Below are positions 36,517 to 49,480 of a stretch of 64,000 bases of DNA, in pieces. Within the stretch, counting starts at the first letter, position 1, and each line of letters opens with the position of its first letter. The stretch is from Squalus acanthias (lineage: Eukaryota), in assembly GCA_030390025.1 (NCBI GenBank), contig CM059432.1, positions 54,004,001 through 54,068,000 of the forward strand, given 5' to 3'. The position numbers were made by a program, and so were the translations under genes. The notes beneath the pieces were generated by a model. It saw only the letters and a list, made by a program, of their open reading frames with translations, was not told the origin of the DNA and did no database searches.

Positions 36517-39164
36517 TATCCTCACAACAACAGAGGAGGCTGTATTAGAGCTGTCGGGAGTCACCGAGCACCTGGAGGTGGGAGACGGAAAGAGAAGGGG
36601 ACATCTCAGCAACCTGGTTACAGAATTACATATCATACAGCTACATGGCATACATCAGTCACTCATATGGGGACTGATGTCAGCAGCCATTGAATGGTCA
36701 TCATGTGCATAATGGTATCTGTACCCAATCTACTTATGACATATCTAACTCATTGCTTTACTCTCCCACAGGTCCATCAAGAGCCTCCCCCCTCCCCCCC
36801 CCCCCCCCCACCTCACTGTCCAGGAGCAAGGAGAAGATGACTCCTCAGGGGAGCCTCCAGTCTCTGCGGGCGCACCGTCACCAGACAGAAGCGCACCCAG
36901 CACCAGCGCAAAGACGCACACCTCAGTGGATCATTCGCGAGATAGAGTAGTGTTGTCACCGGGTCCGTCAGAAGTCACAAGTGAGCAAGAGCAGTTGGTG
37001 GAGACAGGGATAGCAGCGGAGGCTCCTCGTCAGAGGACGCAGGTTGCTCCCAGCTCTGCTCAGCTGCATGCAGACGCTGAGCTTCGGGGGCCATAGAGAA
37101 AGAGGGTGATCCTGGAGGTGCAGAAAGAAGTGCAGGGGGCCCTGACAGGTTTTGCGAGTGCGATGTCTGCAAATGTTCAGAGAATGGAGGAGTCCATCTC
37201 CAACATGCGCACCACCGTGTCGCAGGCGATGGCGACTGTAGGCTCCTCCATGGATAGGATGGCCACCTGCATGGAGCAGCTAATGCACCACTCACAGGAG
37301 CACATGGTCTCTGTTGAGCATAGATGGCTGACTGTGGAGGATAGATGGCTATTTATGGAGAATAGAAGGCAGAGGCTCATAGACCTCCTCTCGACGAGGG
37401 ATGTCATTTTAGACATGGGGCCTCATGGCCCCACTGATGTGCAGCAAAGTACTTTCCAGCTCCTTGCTAGCAGGGAAGTGAGGGTGGCCCATGAGAGGGA
37501 TGATGGTAAGAGCGGACATGGAAGTGGGGGCTACTCTCAAAGCGCTCACACTTCTCCCCCGTTGCCACCCTCTCAGTCAGAGCCTCAGATGCCTCCCTGG
37601 GCAACGATGGCCGAGTCTGCCCCTGCACAGTCGCAGGAGGAGCAGACTTTGGTGGGGCCATCACAGGCTCCAATACCCATAGGACGACCACCAAAAGTGT
37701 CTAAGCAGTCGCAGCAGGGAAATGAGCAGGCAGACTCTACCTCTGCTGAAGCCACAGGGGTAGCACCATGTAGAAGCACATGGAAGAGAAAGATGCCACA
37801 CAAGTAGATTCACAAGGGTAGCCACTTGAGTGTTTTATTCAATGTTAATGTGAAGTTTCAGTTAATGTGATGTGAACCATAAATTTCTTTATTTTCCAAA
37901 CTTTCTGGTCTTGGACAAATTTGTGTGCACCTTTGGAAGTGGCTTAGTTAGTTGGAGTGAAGGGTCAGACCTAACTTTACCTGCAGCAATGGTGGTGACT
38001 GTGAAAGGAATGGATTGGTCATTGTAGGGATGCTTTCTGGTGTGGCTGTGGGGTGTAGCCAACCTGGCGAAGCATGTGGCAGCCATATGGGTATACTGCA
38101 TAAAGTTAAGTAAATCTGGCCATGATGAGGTCATCCCTGGCCTCCAGGGCAGCAATGTGCTCAAGTGCTGGTGCCATCTACACCACAGGTTCCTCCAGTT
38201 CCTGCTCCTCCTCGTCTTCCAGCTGATGCTCCTCCTCCTCATGCTCCTCCTCCTCTGAAGAGACTGTATGCTCAGTGCCTTGCTCCTCCTGCAGTGCTAA
38301 TCCTCGTTGCTGCGCTATGTTGTGCAGGGCACAGCAAACCATGACGATTCTGGAGACCCTGGCTGGTGCATACTGAAGGGCTCTTCCAGATCTGTCAAGG
38401 CATCTGAAGTGCATTTTGAGTGTGCCTATTGTCTACTCTATGACACATCTGGTCAAGATGTGGCTTTCATTACATCTCTCCTCGGCCTCAGTACTTGGCC
38501 TCCTCAAGGGTGTCATGAGCCATGTCTTCAGTGGTAGCCCTGGTCGCCAAGCAGCCAGCTGGAAAGTCTGTTTGGAGGAGCGAAAAGCTGAGGGAGGGTG
38601 GACTGGTGAACGACGAATGAGTGATAGCAGCTGCCAGGGAATTTGGCACACACATATGTATGATGATCTTCTTGTGGTTGCAGACAAGCTGCACATTGAG
38701 GGAGTGGAAGCACTTGCAGTTGACAAAGACTCCTGGGTGATGATGGGGTGCCCTGATGCCCATGTGTGCAGTCGATGACACCCTGCACCCGTGGGAAGCC
38801 AGCCAGAGTGGCAAAGCCGAGCGCCCACTCAGTAACACTGGCTTCATCGGTGCCAAAGTTGATATAATTGGCTAACTTGTCAAAGAGGGCATCGGTGACC
38901 TGTGTGATACATCTGTGGGCGGCCGACTGCGAGATGCCGCAAACACTGTACCTAGTATAGGTCCTGTTAGTGCCTGATGCATAGCATTGAGATTGCCTTT
39001 AAAAGATCTTCTACATGACACTATGAAACCATCCTTAAATATTCAAAGTGGAGTTAGCTTCTCCCGGGATAAGTCTATAAGTTATCCCCACTCATTCTAA
39101 AAGAAAGTGTAGGTGAATATTTACAACTGATGTGACACAAGATGTTCATGTGAGATAACATCTA

Positions 39165-40822
39165 GGGGGAAATTTTGGCCAAATACTTTAGATGCTAAAG
39201 AGGTAAAGAGGTGGCCAAGTCGGGGTCTGCATGATGTCGGCCTCCACAGGTTGCTGGCTGGAAGTCACCAGCCTCTCCACAGTGGAGAGGATGGGTTCCA
39301 GGCTCTGCATCCAGCCACGGACCAAGGTGGAGGTGGACTCCTCCATCCCCCTAGACACAACCGGTAGGCTTTCAGTCAGGTTCTCCATTGCAAGCATTTG
39401 GTTTGTCGCACCCATCAGCCTTCTTCTGAAGCTTGGCCCTGCAAGGTCCTCATCTGACTCCTGTGCAGCAGAACTAGTATGCGACCTTGCCCCCCGGAAA
39501 GGTGGCACCTGTGATGTCCCTTCCACACTGCATGGCTGCTGCCCACTAGTGCCCATTGCGTCCCACTGTGAGGATCCCTCTTCTAAGTTAGCCTCTAAGT
39601 TGCGCGGGGTGCCGGTCTATGAGATGGTGCCTGCGACAGAGGTAGCCATTGACGCAGTACATTCGCCCTCACTCACTTCCTGCTCCTCTTCCTCCAGGGC
39701 GGGGAGGGGGGTTGGTGAGGTGGCAGTTGCTCTTCCTTTACCTGCTCCTGGGAGCCTGCAATGATATAGCTGGAGGGGTTAGGGTGCAGCGTGTGTAGCC
39801 ACTATAGGAGGATGTGTGTGATGAGACCATATGGAGCTTGGGAGTGAGGACAGGTTTGGGTGATTAGGGATCAGGAATAGTTGTGTATATGCACGGAAGC
39901 TGCAGTGGCCACATACCTCTAGGTGAGTTGCCTGATGCTCTGCCTCTGGACATGGGGTCTGCCACTCCCCCCACCCCAACCCTGATCAAGGCCAGCACTG
40001 CCTTTTCAACAGGAGATATCATGAAGTCGTGCTTTCCCTCCCCCAGTCAGGTCCAGCTGCCGCCTGTTATGTGCTTATTTTTCCTGGAAGAGAAAGAATG
40101 GTGATTGTGAATGAGTGTACTGGCAGGTGTGTTTGTGTGTGTGTGTGTGTGATGCCTCACATGATTGAGGAGCTGTGAGATGTGAGTAGTGCCTGTGAAG
40201 GATGCAACTGTGTGGGGTGTTTGAATGTCAGTGTATAGTAAGATGGTGTATGAAGTGTGTTGAGGTTGTGATGCTGATGGTGGTGGTGCAGTTATTGAGA
40301 AGTGTCTTTGTGAGATGGGATCTTACCTTGACCACTCTTGTCAAATCATTACATTTCTTGCAGCCCTGGAACCATGTCCTGTGGCCAGGGCTCCTGGCTG
40401 TGACCTCCCGGGCGATCTCATCCCACATGCCTCTGTAGCCTCCTTCCCCCCTGTGGGTAGAGGACATCCCTCCTCCTCTCTACCTCCTTCACCAGGACCT
40501 CCAGTGCCACTTCAGAGAACCTGAGCACCCTCTCTCTTGCTCCTTGCGATATTCTTCCACTCCCAGCCATCACACTACACACAATCAGTGGAAGTGAGTG
40601 AGTGCAGGCTACATATACAACTCCAGGAAAATTGCATCTAATCAATGCTTGAGTGCTAAACCTGCAGTTGTCAGTTTCAGTGCATGCAGGCATATTCAAA
40701 TCATGATAATCATCAATTAAAATGAAAATTGTGTGCTAAATCCGGACTTTCAAACAGGCATTTCTTATTAGCACAGCACCCATTTAGCACCTGTTTTCAC
40801 CCTATGGCCAAAATAACTCACC
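39165..40822 (-). mobile_element. Deleted Harbinger retaining a Myb pseudogene but no transposase
   Basis: RERVLRFSEVALEVLVKEVERRRDVLYP and WDEIAREV...RTWFQGCKKCNDLTRVVK; imperfect TIR gggggaaattttggcc / ggccaaaataactcacc. Confidence 0.75.
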
Positions 40823-42387
40823 TAGTCTGGTTGCACAGAGGAATAGTCTGGATGAGTATTTTGGGACAACTCCTAACAGCCTAAGCCTAGTTGACATGAA
40901 TTATACATTGCTTACCAGTTTTAGTAGAGAATCACAAGGGACCTACATATCAGAGGATACATCAGAAATATGAACTTCAGTTACAAATGTGACCTTTATC
41001 TGAATGGAACACATGTTTTATGCAACTTCTGTTCTTTTTAAAGCTTGAATGCCTCACAAACTTCCATCTACGATTTGAAGCTATTTGCCAAATGTATTCG
41101 TCATCGAAAAAAATGTCAATTTTATTTCTTTCAGTTTGAAGCTAAGTTGAAGCATAACTAGTAGTTTGTTGAACACTGTTATTTAAAAAAAACTACCAAC
41201 CGTGCTGACATCAGCAGAACATGTGATGCATCTCTGTTAACTGGCTGCCATAGTCTCATAGTCGAACGGCCTTCACATTCATTGTCTAGGTTTCTATGGG
41301 AAGAAGAGCCATTTGAATGAGGTATGGGGGTGGGGGTGGGGGGGGCGAGTGGCACACACAAAACTGGACTCAAACACAAGTCGGTACCTTCAGGAGGAAA
41401 GGAAAGAAAATTGGGAAAAAAGGCTCTTTTAATCCTTACATTCCCACATGATTCACGTGTTGATTTATGTTTACAGGAGGAAGATTTGCTCTGTGCCCTG
41501 TGTATTACAAAATCATAAATTTGTGTGTCAAGAATGGGTTTAGAATTTTATTACTTACAGCACACATAGGAAATCTTATCCCACAGTTTTCAGTGACCCA
41601 CCATTAAGGGCTAAATTAATCTGCAAGTGGGCATTGGGAAATATACAATGTGAGCAACTAGTTTCTTTACAAAAATTCTCTTAAGTACCAAATATTTTGC
41701 AAGTTGTACTCAAGGTCAAGCCAGTTTCAAAAAGTAATCTCAAAAATATATATCTACTTTTTAAATAAAGCTTCTTTATTGCCATCTTTGCAGGTAAGAA
41801 TCCATTGATAATGCAGAGGATAGAAAAATATTTAAATCTGCACAGAGGACTGTAACTGAAGTGAAGGATATATGGCGTGGCGGGGGGGGGAGGGGGGGCG
41901 GGGGGACGAGGGGGGAAATCTATTGTTTCTTTTCCTGATAACTCCTGGGTATCCTGACCAGAATTAATCAGAGCCCCGGCCCCTGAATCACTTTCAGCCA
42001 CTGAGCAGTTCCTGGTTCCGATCAGAATTGCAAATCTCCCATTAAAATCATATTAACCAAACTCTCAAATAGCAACATATTCTACTCGAACTATCTGTAA
42101 TTAAAAGGTAGTGAAATACTTTAGGATTTTGGTACGACAGAGCAAATTATAGGATTGTTCTGAAGCTAAAATGTGTGGATTTATGTGTGAATTCTGATTC
42201 CTTGTTAATATACAGTGAATACTTTAAAAATCAAACTCACGTTCTTCAAAAACACTTACAACTGTTGTGTGGCTAGAATTTCTCTTGATTAAGGTCCTTT
42301 TCTCCAAAGTACAAGTTCTGATTACATTATTTTGCAGCACATTTGTGTATTGAGTATACAAATCTAAAGCCCTTTACTGTGTTGACA

Positions 42388-42909
42388 GGATATAGAGGCA
42401 CTGGAGAGAGTGCAGAGAAGATTTACAAGGATGATACCAGAAATGTGAGGATATACATATCAGGAAAGGATGAACAGCCTGGGTCTCTTTTCTCTTGAAA
42501 AAAGAAGACTGAGGGGTGACCTAATAGAGCTCTTTAAAATTATGAAAAATTTTGATAGAGTGGATACAGAGAGAATATTTCCACTTGTGGGGAAGAGCAT
42601 AACTAGAGGCCATCAATATAAGATAGTCACCAACAAATCAAATAGGGAATTCAGAAGAAACTTCTTTACCCAAAGAGTGGTGATAATGTGGAACTCGCTA
42701 CCACAGGGAGTGTTTGAAGCGAATAGTATAGATGCATTTAAGGGGAGGCTAGACAAGCATATGAGGGAGAAGGAAATAGAGGGTTATGCTGATAGATTTA
42801 GATGAGGAAAGACGGGAGGAGGCTCGAGTGGAGTATAAACACCGGCATGGACTGGTTGGGCTGAATGGCCTGTTTCTGTGCCGGATATCCTATGTAGTCC
42901 TATGTAGTC
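42388..42909 (+). mobile_element. CR1 LINE 3' fragment
   Basis: LFSLEKRRLRGDLIELFKIM...NFFTQRVV.MWNSLPQ; tail tatgtagtcc repeats. Confidence 0.9.
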
Positions 42910-44294
42910 TAGACCACTGTTTTTGTTCAAAGATCAAAGTAGTACAATTGTGGCATGACCTGCAACAAATTCAGATAATTTTCACTGTAAATGAGAGCCT
43001 ACAGGAGAGATAGTAGTAGAATCAAAGTAACTAATTAATTCCATTGTCCCTCAAGAGAATGTTTTGAAAAGTGATACATAGCTTCAGGCAAATTGTCTTA
43101 AAGACATACTGCTGACTAATGTTAAAAGCTAAGCCTCTTGCTAGTTTATTGCGCATGCTTTAAAAGAGATTCCTTCATATGGATGCTGCAGTTTTCAAAT
43201 GCCACTCAGATTAATTACATTCATTTAGTTCTGTTACTTCCCTTTACAAATTTAGACACCTTCCTCAGCTGAGGCCCCTAAATTAAGCAATAATTAACAT
43301 AATGGATCACATTGTTCATGCTTGGCTAATGATTGGCCCTCAGAGGTGGTATTAACAAAAATTAGTCATGGGAACAATATGCTAACTTAATGAAGCTGGG
43401 AGTAAACAGAACACATCTGTGGTTCTGTTTTTAGTCAATAATCTTGTAAAAAGTTATTCCATAACAGATTTTTTGTTTTGTTTTAAGTGAACAAATATTC
43501 TACAAATGGAAAGATTTTTGTGTCTCCAAATGATATTTGAACTCTTTTAAGACCATTGAGATGGTCATATGGTAGCTGATTATAAAATAAGTCACTTTTC
43601 CAGTGTTTCTGAACAAGATAATGAATTGAAAGTAACAGCAAAGGTTTCATTTGCAGGGCTACAGTGGAGGAACTTAGTGCAGATTACATTACTGATAAAC
43701 AACCAGTGGCTACCTTATTTTTCAACTCTCTGTGAATGAAAACATTTACATAATGAGTTATCACCATACTGTATAATTATTCCTGAATCATCTGTTAAAT
43801 GCAGTTTATCTCTCTTTCCATTTATTTTAGTATTATCACCTTATTTGTTGATAAAATGTCTGATGAGTGTACAACGTTTGTGGCAGACACTCCAGCCATG
43901 CTTCTGGAATCTGTGAGAATACATTGTAATATTACCTCACATGAGTAAACCTTCATGAATTTTAATGAAGCATATGACTTTGAAAATGAGAACGATGCTA
44001 AGATTTTCCAGCACTGCATGACTCACTTGATAAAGCTAGTTAAAAGGTTAAGGCCAGATTTTGAGCTCTGACACCTCTTATACTGGAAATAACAGCAGTG
44101 ATACCAAGTTTTACCAGAACACATTGCTTAATTATAAAATTATGCTAAGCGTAGATGAGTAAAGATACTAGCATCAGAGCAAGTGTGATATTTATATTGA
44201 AAACAACATTCCAATTTATTCTGTCATTTTTGACTTCCCCTCCAGAAGTTCTAAATCTTCAAGACAAGCCATTTAGTTGGCAAAAAAACCATGA

Positions 44295-44531
44295 GGAGAT
44301 TTTTTTTTTTACACAACGAGTTCTTATGATCTCGAATTCACTGCCTGAAAGGGAGGTGGAAGCAAATTCAATAGTAACTTTCGAAAGCTAATTGGATATG
44401 TACTTGAAAAGGAAAAAATTGTGGGACTATGGGGAACAAATGGAGGAGTGGGACTAATTGAATACCTCTTTCAAAGAGCCAGCAAAGGTACAATGGGCTG
44501 AATGGCCTTCCTCTGTGCTGTAAGATTCTAT
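44295..44531 (+). mobile_element. CR1 LINE 3' end fragment
   Basis: FFTQRVLMISNSLPEREVEANS; 3' UTR atgggctgaatggcct...gattctat. Confidence 0.8.
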
Positions 44532-45426
44532 GGGGGAAAAATTCAGTTGGTTGCGCCTCCCGTTAGCGCCTTAAGAGGGCGCTAATGGGGCGCAAAGCAA
44601 CTAGCGCCTGGGCGCGGCGATGTTTGCGCCACTCGCGAAATTAACTAGACATTTTGCGGCGGCGCTAAACACTACTGCCACGATCTCCTGCGCCGGCAGA
44701 TCATGACGTCAGTCGAGTGCGCAACGCCCCGGTATCGCCCCGGAGCGGATATTGCATGGCGCCCCCTGCCTTACCGCCTGCCGCTAGCAACAACAGGTTA
44801 AGGGGAGCGTTTTGCAGTCAGGAAGGGACTGGGGGAGCGCTATTTAAAGGTGACCGCTTCCTGCCTTTTATTGTTGGTGACATTTTTGAACCACGCATTC
44901 TGAGAGAGACAGAGAGAGAGACTTCTGGAGAGATTCAACGCTGTGTGAAGGGGTTTTGGGTACTGAGCAGCACTTTGCAGGTTCATTTTGATTTGCCCTT
45001 CCTTGTATCGATTTAGAAGAGACTGTGGGGGCTGCACTCTGAGCTCTTTCCCTGGTACTCTCCATTGTTCTTTCCAGCAGATTTGATGTACAGGTCTCTC
45101 CAGGCCGAGATTCAAGGCTGCAATGAGCAGGATGTGGATGGAAAGCAAGATCAACCCTCCCCTTTAAGAACTGGCCCACGCCATTGTGTCTGTGTTCCAT
45201 TGCTGACTGACATCACATGAGCTTCGCCAGCGCTCTGAGGTAGCGCCTCGCTCCTTGGCCTTTGCGCCTTAAGACAGGTGTGAAGTGCTTGATTTAGCGC
45301 TCCAATCACCTCCAGGGGCGATAAAAGTCAAGTTTGCAGTCGGAGGCGATAATTAGTGCCAGGCGCTAATCTTTGCACCCGGCCGATAATTGCGCCCCAA
45401 ATGGGGCGATACTGAATTTCTCCCCC
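44532..45426. mobile_element. 895-bp non-autonomous deletion derivative of lineage A Harbinger
   Basis: TIR GGGGGA(A/G)AAATTCAGT 15/16. The left part closely matches the reverse complement of 13634-13300 and the right part matches that of 9730-9344. TSD not preserved (TAT/TCA). Confidence 0.9.
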
Positions 45427-46147
45427 TCAGAGTCTAAGTAAAGCAAAGTTAGCAAATGAGGTGGCTTTATTAGTTTAAACTAAATAAAACAAATCCATTC
45501 AATGTGAGCCCTAATAACAATAGATTTTGTGTTATGTTATAAGCACCTGGAAATGTTTGTGCATTCACTGATGGAAGAATGGTGGAAATCCCCAGTGTAA
45601 ACGGCTAAAAACAGCCACTTACACCATTTCTCCGGGAGTTCCGCCAATTTCCCACCGAAGTCATGGCAGGAGACCAAGAGAGCCCTGCTGAATTTCAGGG
45701 CCTCAGACTCTCATCTCATTCAAATGTTGGTTTTCTGAAGCTTGCTTCTCAAATGAAAAGACTGCTTTGCCCAAACTCACATTAAAGAAATTTGCTACAA
45801 AAGATAAATTAACAATGATAACACCTTCCATGAAAATTGAATCCAAAGTCAACTTTTGGGTTTTCTTGACTATTCTGGTTCAAGAATGTTAAAATTTGAA
45901 TGACAGAAACGGTAATTAGATGAAAAAGAAAAAAAAGTCAATGTTAAAAATCTGTAATAAAAACATAAATGCTGGAAATACGCAGCAGGTCTATCTGCAA
46001 AATTGTGAACTGAAAATAATAGGTTAACGGTTCAAGTCTGGAACCTTTTATAGAACTCTAAACTGAGATATAAGCCAAACAAAATTACTCTGGATTCAAT
46101 TATAAAATCAAAAATCAAAAACCTACAACCTAGCATACAAACACTAT

Positions 46148-46425
46148 GGGCTGGACTTTGTCTTGGGGTCGGGTTGGGATCGTGTAATCCGCATTTCGTG
46201 TTTCCCCCCCGACTCCAGATTAATGTGGATGCCTGATGCAATTTTCACTTAATTGGGCAATTGAGTTGGAGCATGTGGGAACCCATGAACTAATTAGTGT
46301 TTTCAGTCTGAAAGTCGCCTCTGATAATGTCATCATTGCTGACTGCCGAGTCTCAGAGACTGTTGGTGAGAGAGGATCTGCCTGGCTTTTGATGTGAGTG
46401 GACCTGGATGCAAAAAGGGGGTGGG

Positions 46426-46470
<45 letters not shown>

Positions 46471-46920
46471 TTTTTGCCAAGTAAGTCCTCCCAGGCAGTC
46501 TCTGAAGACATTCAATGCAGCAGCATCAGAGGCAATGTTCAGACCTAATACAACTACTACTACCTTCATCACATCTCCGTTGTAATAGTGGACTTGCAGC
46601 CGATAGTCAGCTATCCACTTGTGCTCCCGCCAGGTTTCACTGGAGTGTTTCACACCAGGCGTGCTTCACGTCAAAACAGGGTTAAACTAGCTACAGCGTT
46701 TCAAAATGGCATTACAGAGCCAATTTAGAGCTTGTTAAGGGCTTTAATGGCCCCTCCCGCCTCTTGGAGGCGGGACGGAATCGGGAACCCCGCGACTGAT
46801 TATGTCAAAATTGCGTGGAGGCGGGATGGAGTCGGGATAGGGTCGGAAACCCCGACCCCGCAAATTTAACCCCCCACACGCCTCCAAACCCGACTCCACG
46901 GGTCATTCAAAATCCAGCCC
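46148..46920. mobile_element. Harbinger-type MITE with an internal (GA)n microsatellite at ~46430-46467
   Basis: TIR GGGCTGGA(C/T)TTTG; the terminal 42 bp at right match the left end of 14068-14903 at 41/42. Confidence 0.85.
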
Positions 46921-47684
46921 TTAATATGCACATATTAAATTACTTTGTTATTTTAACAGAAGTGCTAATGCATATATTTTGAAAGGGTTAACAACTCTGA
47001 TAAACTAGCATAAATAAGTAAATATGAATATATTAGCATATGAATATTAATAAAGCACACTGTAATTTCTGGGTTTTCTTTTGTCTTTCTTACTTTTGTC
47101 AATGCAGCTTTGCAGAAAATTTGCTTATGTTTACAAAACTAAAAAAGAATTAATCTTACAATTCATTATGATTATTTAATGAGGAAAACATTAAAGATGC
47201 ATTTTATCATTTCTTTAATGGTGAGAGTTTAAACAGAACTGGCAACTTGTGTTCTAGAGGTATAAATAACTGCACATTTCACAACAGTATTAGTTGACAG
47301 GCATATAGACAGATTTCATGCACAATTTTATTGTTTACTTAACATGACTAATGTTTTTAAAATGTAGTTAGGTGCTGTAATGGAGCTTGTGGGTTTTCCT
47401 ATTCTTAAGACTGGCAATCAGCTGCTTTAGGCAGCAATGATACCATTTCATTCATGAGCTAAGTAGGGCTATAGGTATCCACAAAAAGATACTTTGGTGA
47501 AGAAGAGAAACTCTTATTGCGGAAATAGGAATTGTGTCAAATGATTGGAGGGTTGCACATGTTACACTCCTATTAAAAAATGAGAAATAAGATAAACTAG
47601 GAAATGATAAACCAGTTAGTCTCACCTCAATTGTGGGTACACCCCATATTACAGGTTTAAATTAGTGAACACTCAGAAAGGTAG

Positions 47685-49480
47685 CAGCGGATCAGGGACA
47701 GTGAACATGGATTTATAAAGGGCAAATCGCGCTGGGCTAATTTAATTGAATTTTCAAGGAAATCAAAACGATAGATAAAGGGAATTTTCAGATGGTGACT
47801 TGTAGGTAAGTTCAGCAATCCAGCATTCTTAGAGGGAGCTCTGCTCGAAAGGACCACAGGTCGGACATAGAGTTACAACAATGTAGAGTTAATTATCCAA
47901 CCTGTGCTCCTTTTGAGTGCAACTCCTTGCTGGGAGAGTAAGATCACTAAACGTATCCTTTCTTACCAGAATTAAGATGCATTGTATTAAAGGAAATGTA
48001 GCTGCATGGATAGAGAGACGTTCAGGGAGAGAAAGCAGATACTAGAGTGAATGGATTTTTTTCCGATTGGCGGGATGTAGTTAATGATATGCTGCAGGGA
48101 TCTGTGCAGGAACCACTTTTGTTTCCTATTTATATAAATTATTTAGATATAGGCAGTGCTGAGAAATGCATGGTACATTTTGGGAAGAAAATATATTGTA
48201 ATGGTAAGTTTCTTAACAGAGTGGTGGAACATAGAGTTATAGGGATGCAGGTACATCGATCTTTAAACCTGGGCCTGCAGCTAGAAAAAAGACATAAAAA
48301 GGCAAATGGGATTCTGGTTTTATACAAATAAGGTCATCAAATGCAAAATCAAGGAAGTGATGTTGAATTTGTACAGGACATTGGTTAGGCCACAGTTGCA
48401 GTATTGCAAGCTAACCTGGACAACCCCTTTAGTTAAAGGCCATTAGGGTTGTAGAAAGGGTACAGTGAAGATTCACTAGAATGATACCAGGAACAAGAAG
48501 GTTTGAAAAGTTGGTGCTTTTTCATTGCAACAGAGAAGGTTAAGGGGGGGATCTAATGGCGGTTTTTGAAATTATGAAAGTTTTGGAGAGGGTAAATAGT
48601 GAAAGATTTTTTCCACTAGTTAACAAATCAGTAAAAAAAAGGCTTAAACTCAGGAATATCATTATAAAAATGAAACAGCAAGTTAGAAGATTTTTTCATG
48701 CAAAGCATTATTCGAACATGGAATGCTTTTATGTGGAGATTATAGGGCCGATTTTCCATGTATATGGCCTGGAAGCTGCCCCAGTGCAGGCCCACCCTCT
48801 AGGAGAGCCTGGTACCAAAAAAAGGGATAGGAAAGTCAGGCTTTACGGATGAGAATTCTGGCTGCTGATCTCTATCAGTAGCCAGAAGGTCTTGGTTAAA
48901 CCTGAAGATCTCAGGGGAAAGTTTAACATAGTAAAAATGGGCCTATCTTGAAGTGTTCAACTTGCCTCCAGGTTTCCTGTGAACTCTGTGGTTAACAGGA
49001 GTTGGGGACAGCTCACAGCACCATCGTTTCTGGGCTGGCCTGCACTGGAGCACCCAGTAAGAGTCGGAATACAAGACAGGAAACAGGAACATCCCTCCTG
49101 CCTCATTAGAATGGCTGTGACTGGCCTGCACCTACTGCAGGTACAGGACAAACTTTGCTTCCACCCTTCCTCAGGAAAACCTCAGAAATCCCAGAACTAT
49201 GTAAAAGGGGGGAAGACCCAGTAAACTGTCCACCACTTTTTACTGATCATTGCACCTGGGGTACTGAACATTCCCTAGGGGCAAGGGTGGGGAAATGGGC
49301 TTATAAGCATAATTTAATAGATAATAAGTATTTGGAAAGGGAGAATAATTAAAGTTACAGGGAAATGGCAGGGAAATGAAATCAGAGTAGAGAGGTCTAG
49401 TTGAAGAGCTAGTGCCAGCATGGAATAGATGGGCAAAATGGCATCCTTCACTGCTCTCATCTCTATGATTTTATGATTCT
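47685..49480 (+). mobile_element. Old fragmented CR1 LINE with inserts
   Basis: QGSVQEPLLFPIYINYLD and LMAVFEIMKVLERVNSERFFPLV; tail tatgattt/c near 49465-49480. Confidence 0.7.

Larger units (their letters stand above)
35865..38945. mobile_element. Terminally truncated Harbinger (lineage B): Myb exons 2-3 (35915-37807, +) and transposase remnant (~38105-38945, -)
   Basis: Colinear with 24120-26545; QGVIDCTH and GSCYHS; no TIRs seen. Confidence 0.88.

Noticed and set aside
48745..48944. Small MITE within CR1 (also TIR-like ends at ~5259-5515, ~15731 and ~16667)
   Set aside because: Only weak 9/11-type or single-ended TIR matches and no TSD; not supportable as discrete features.
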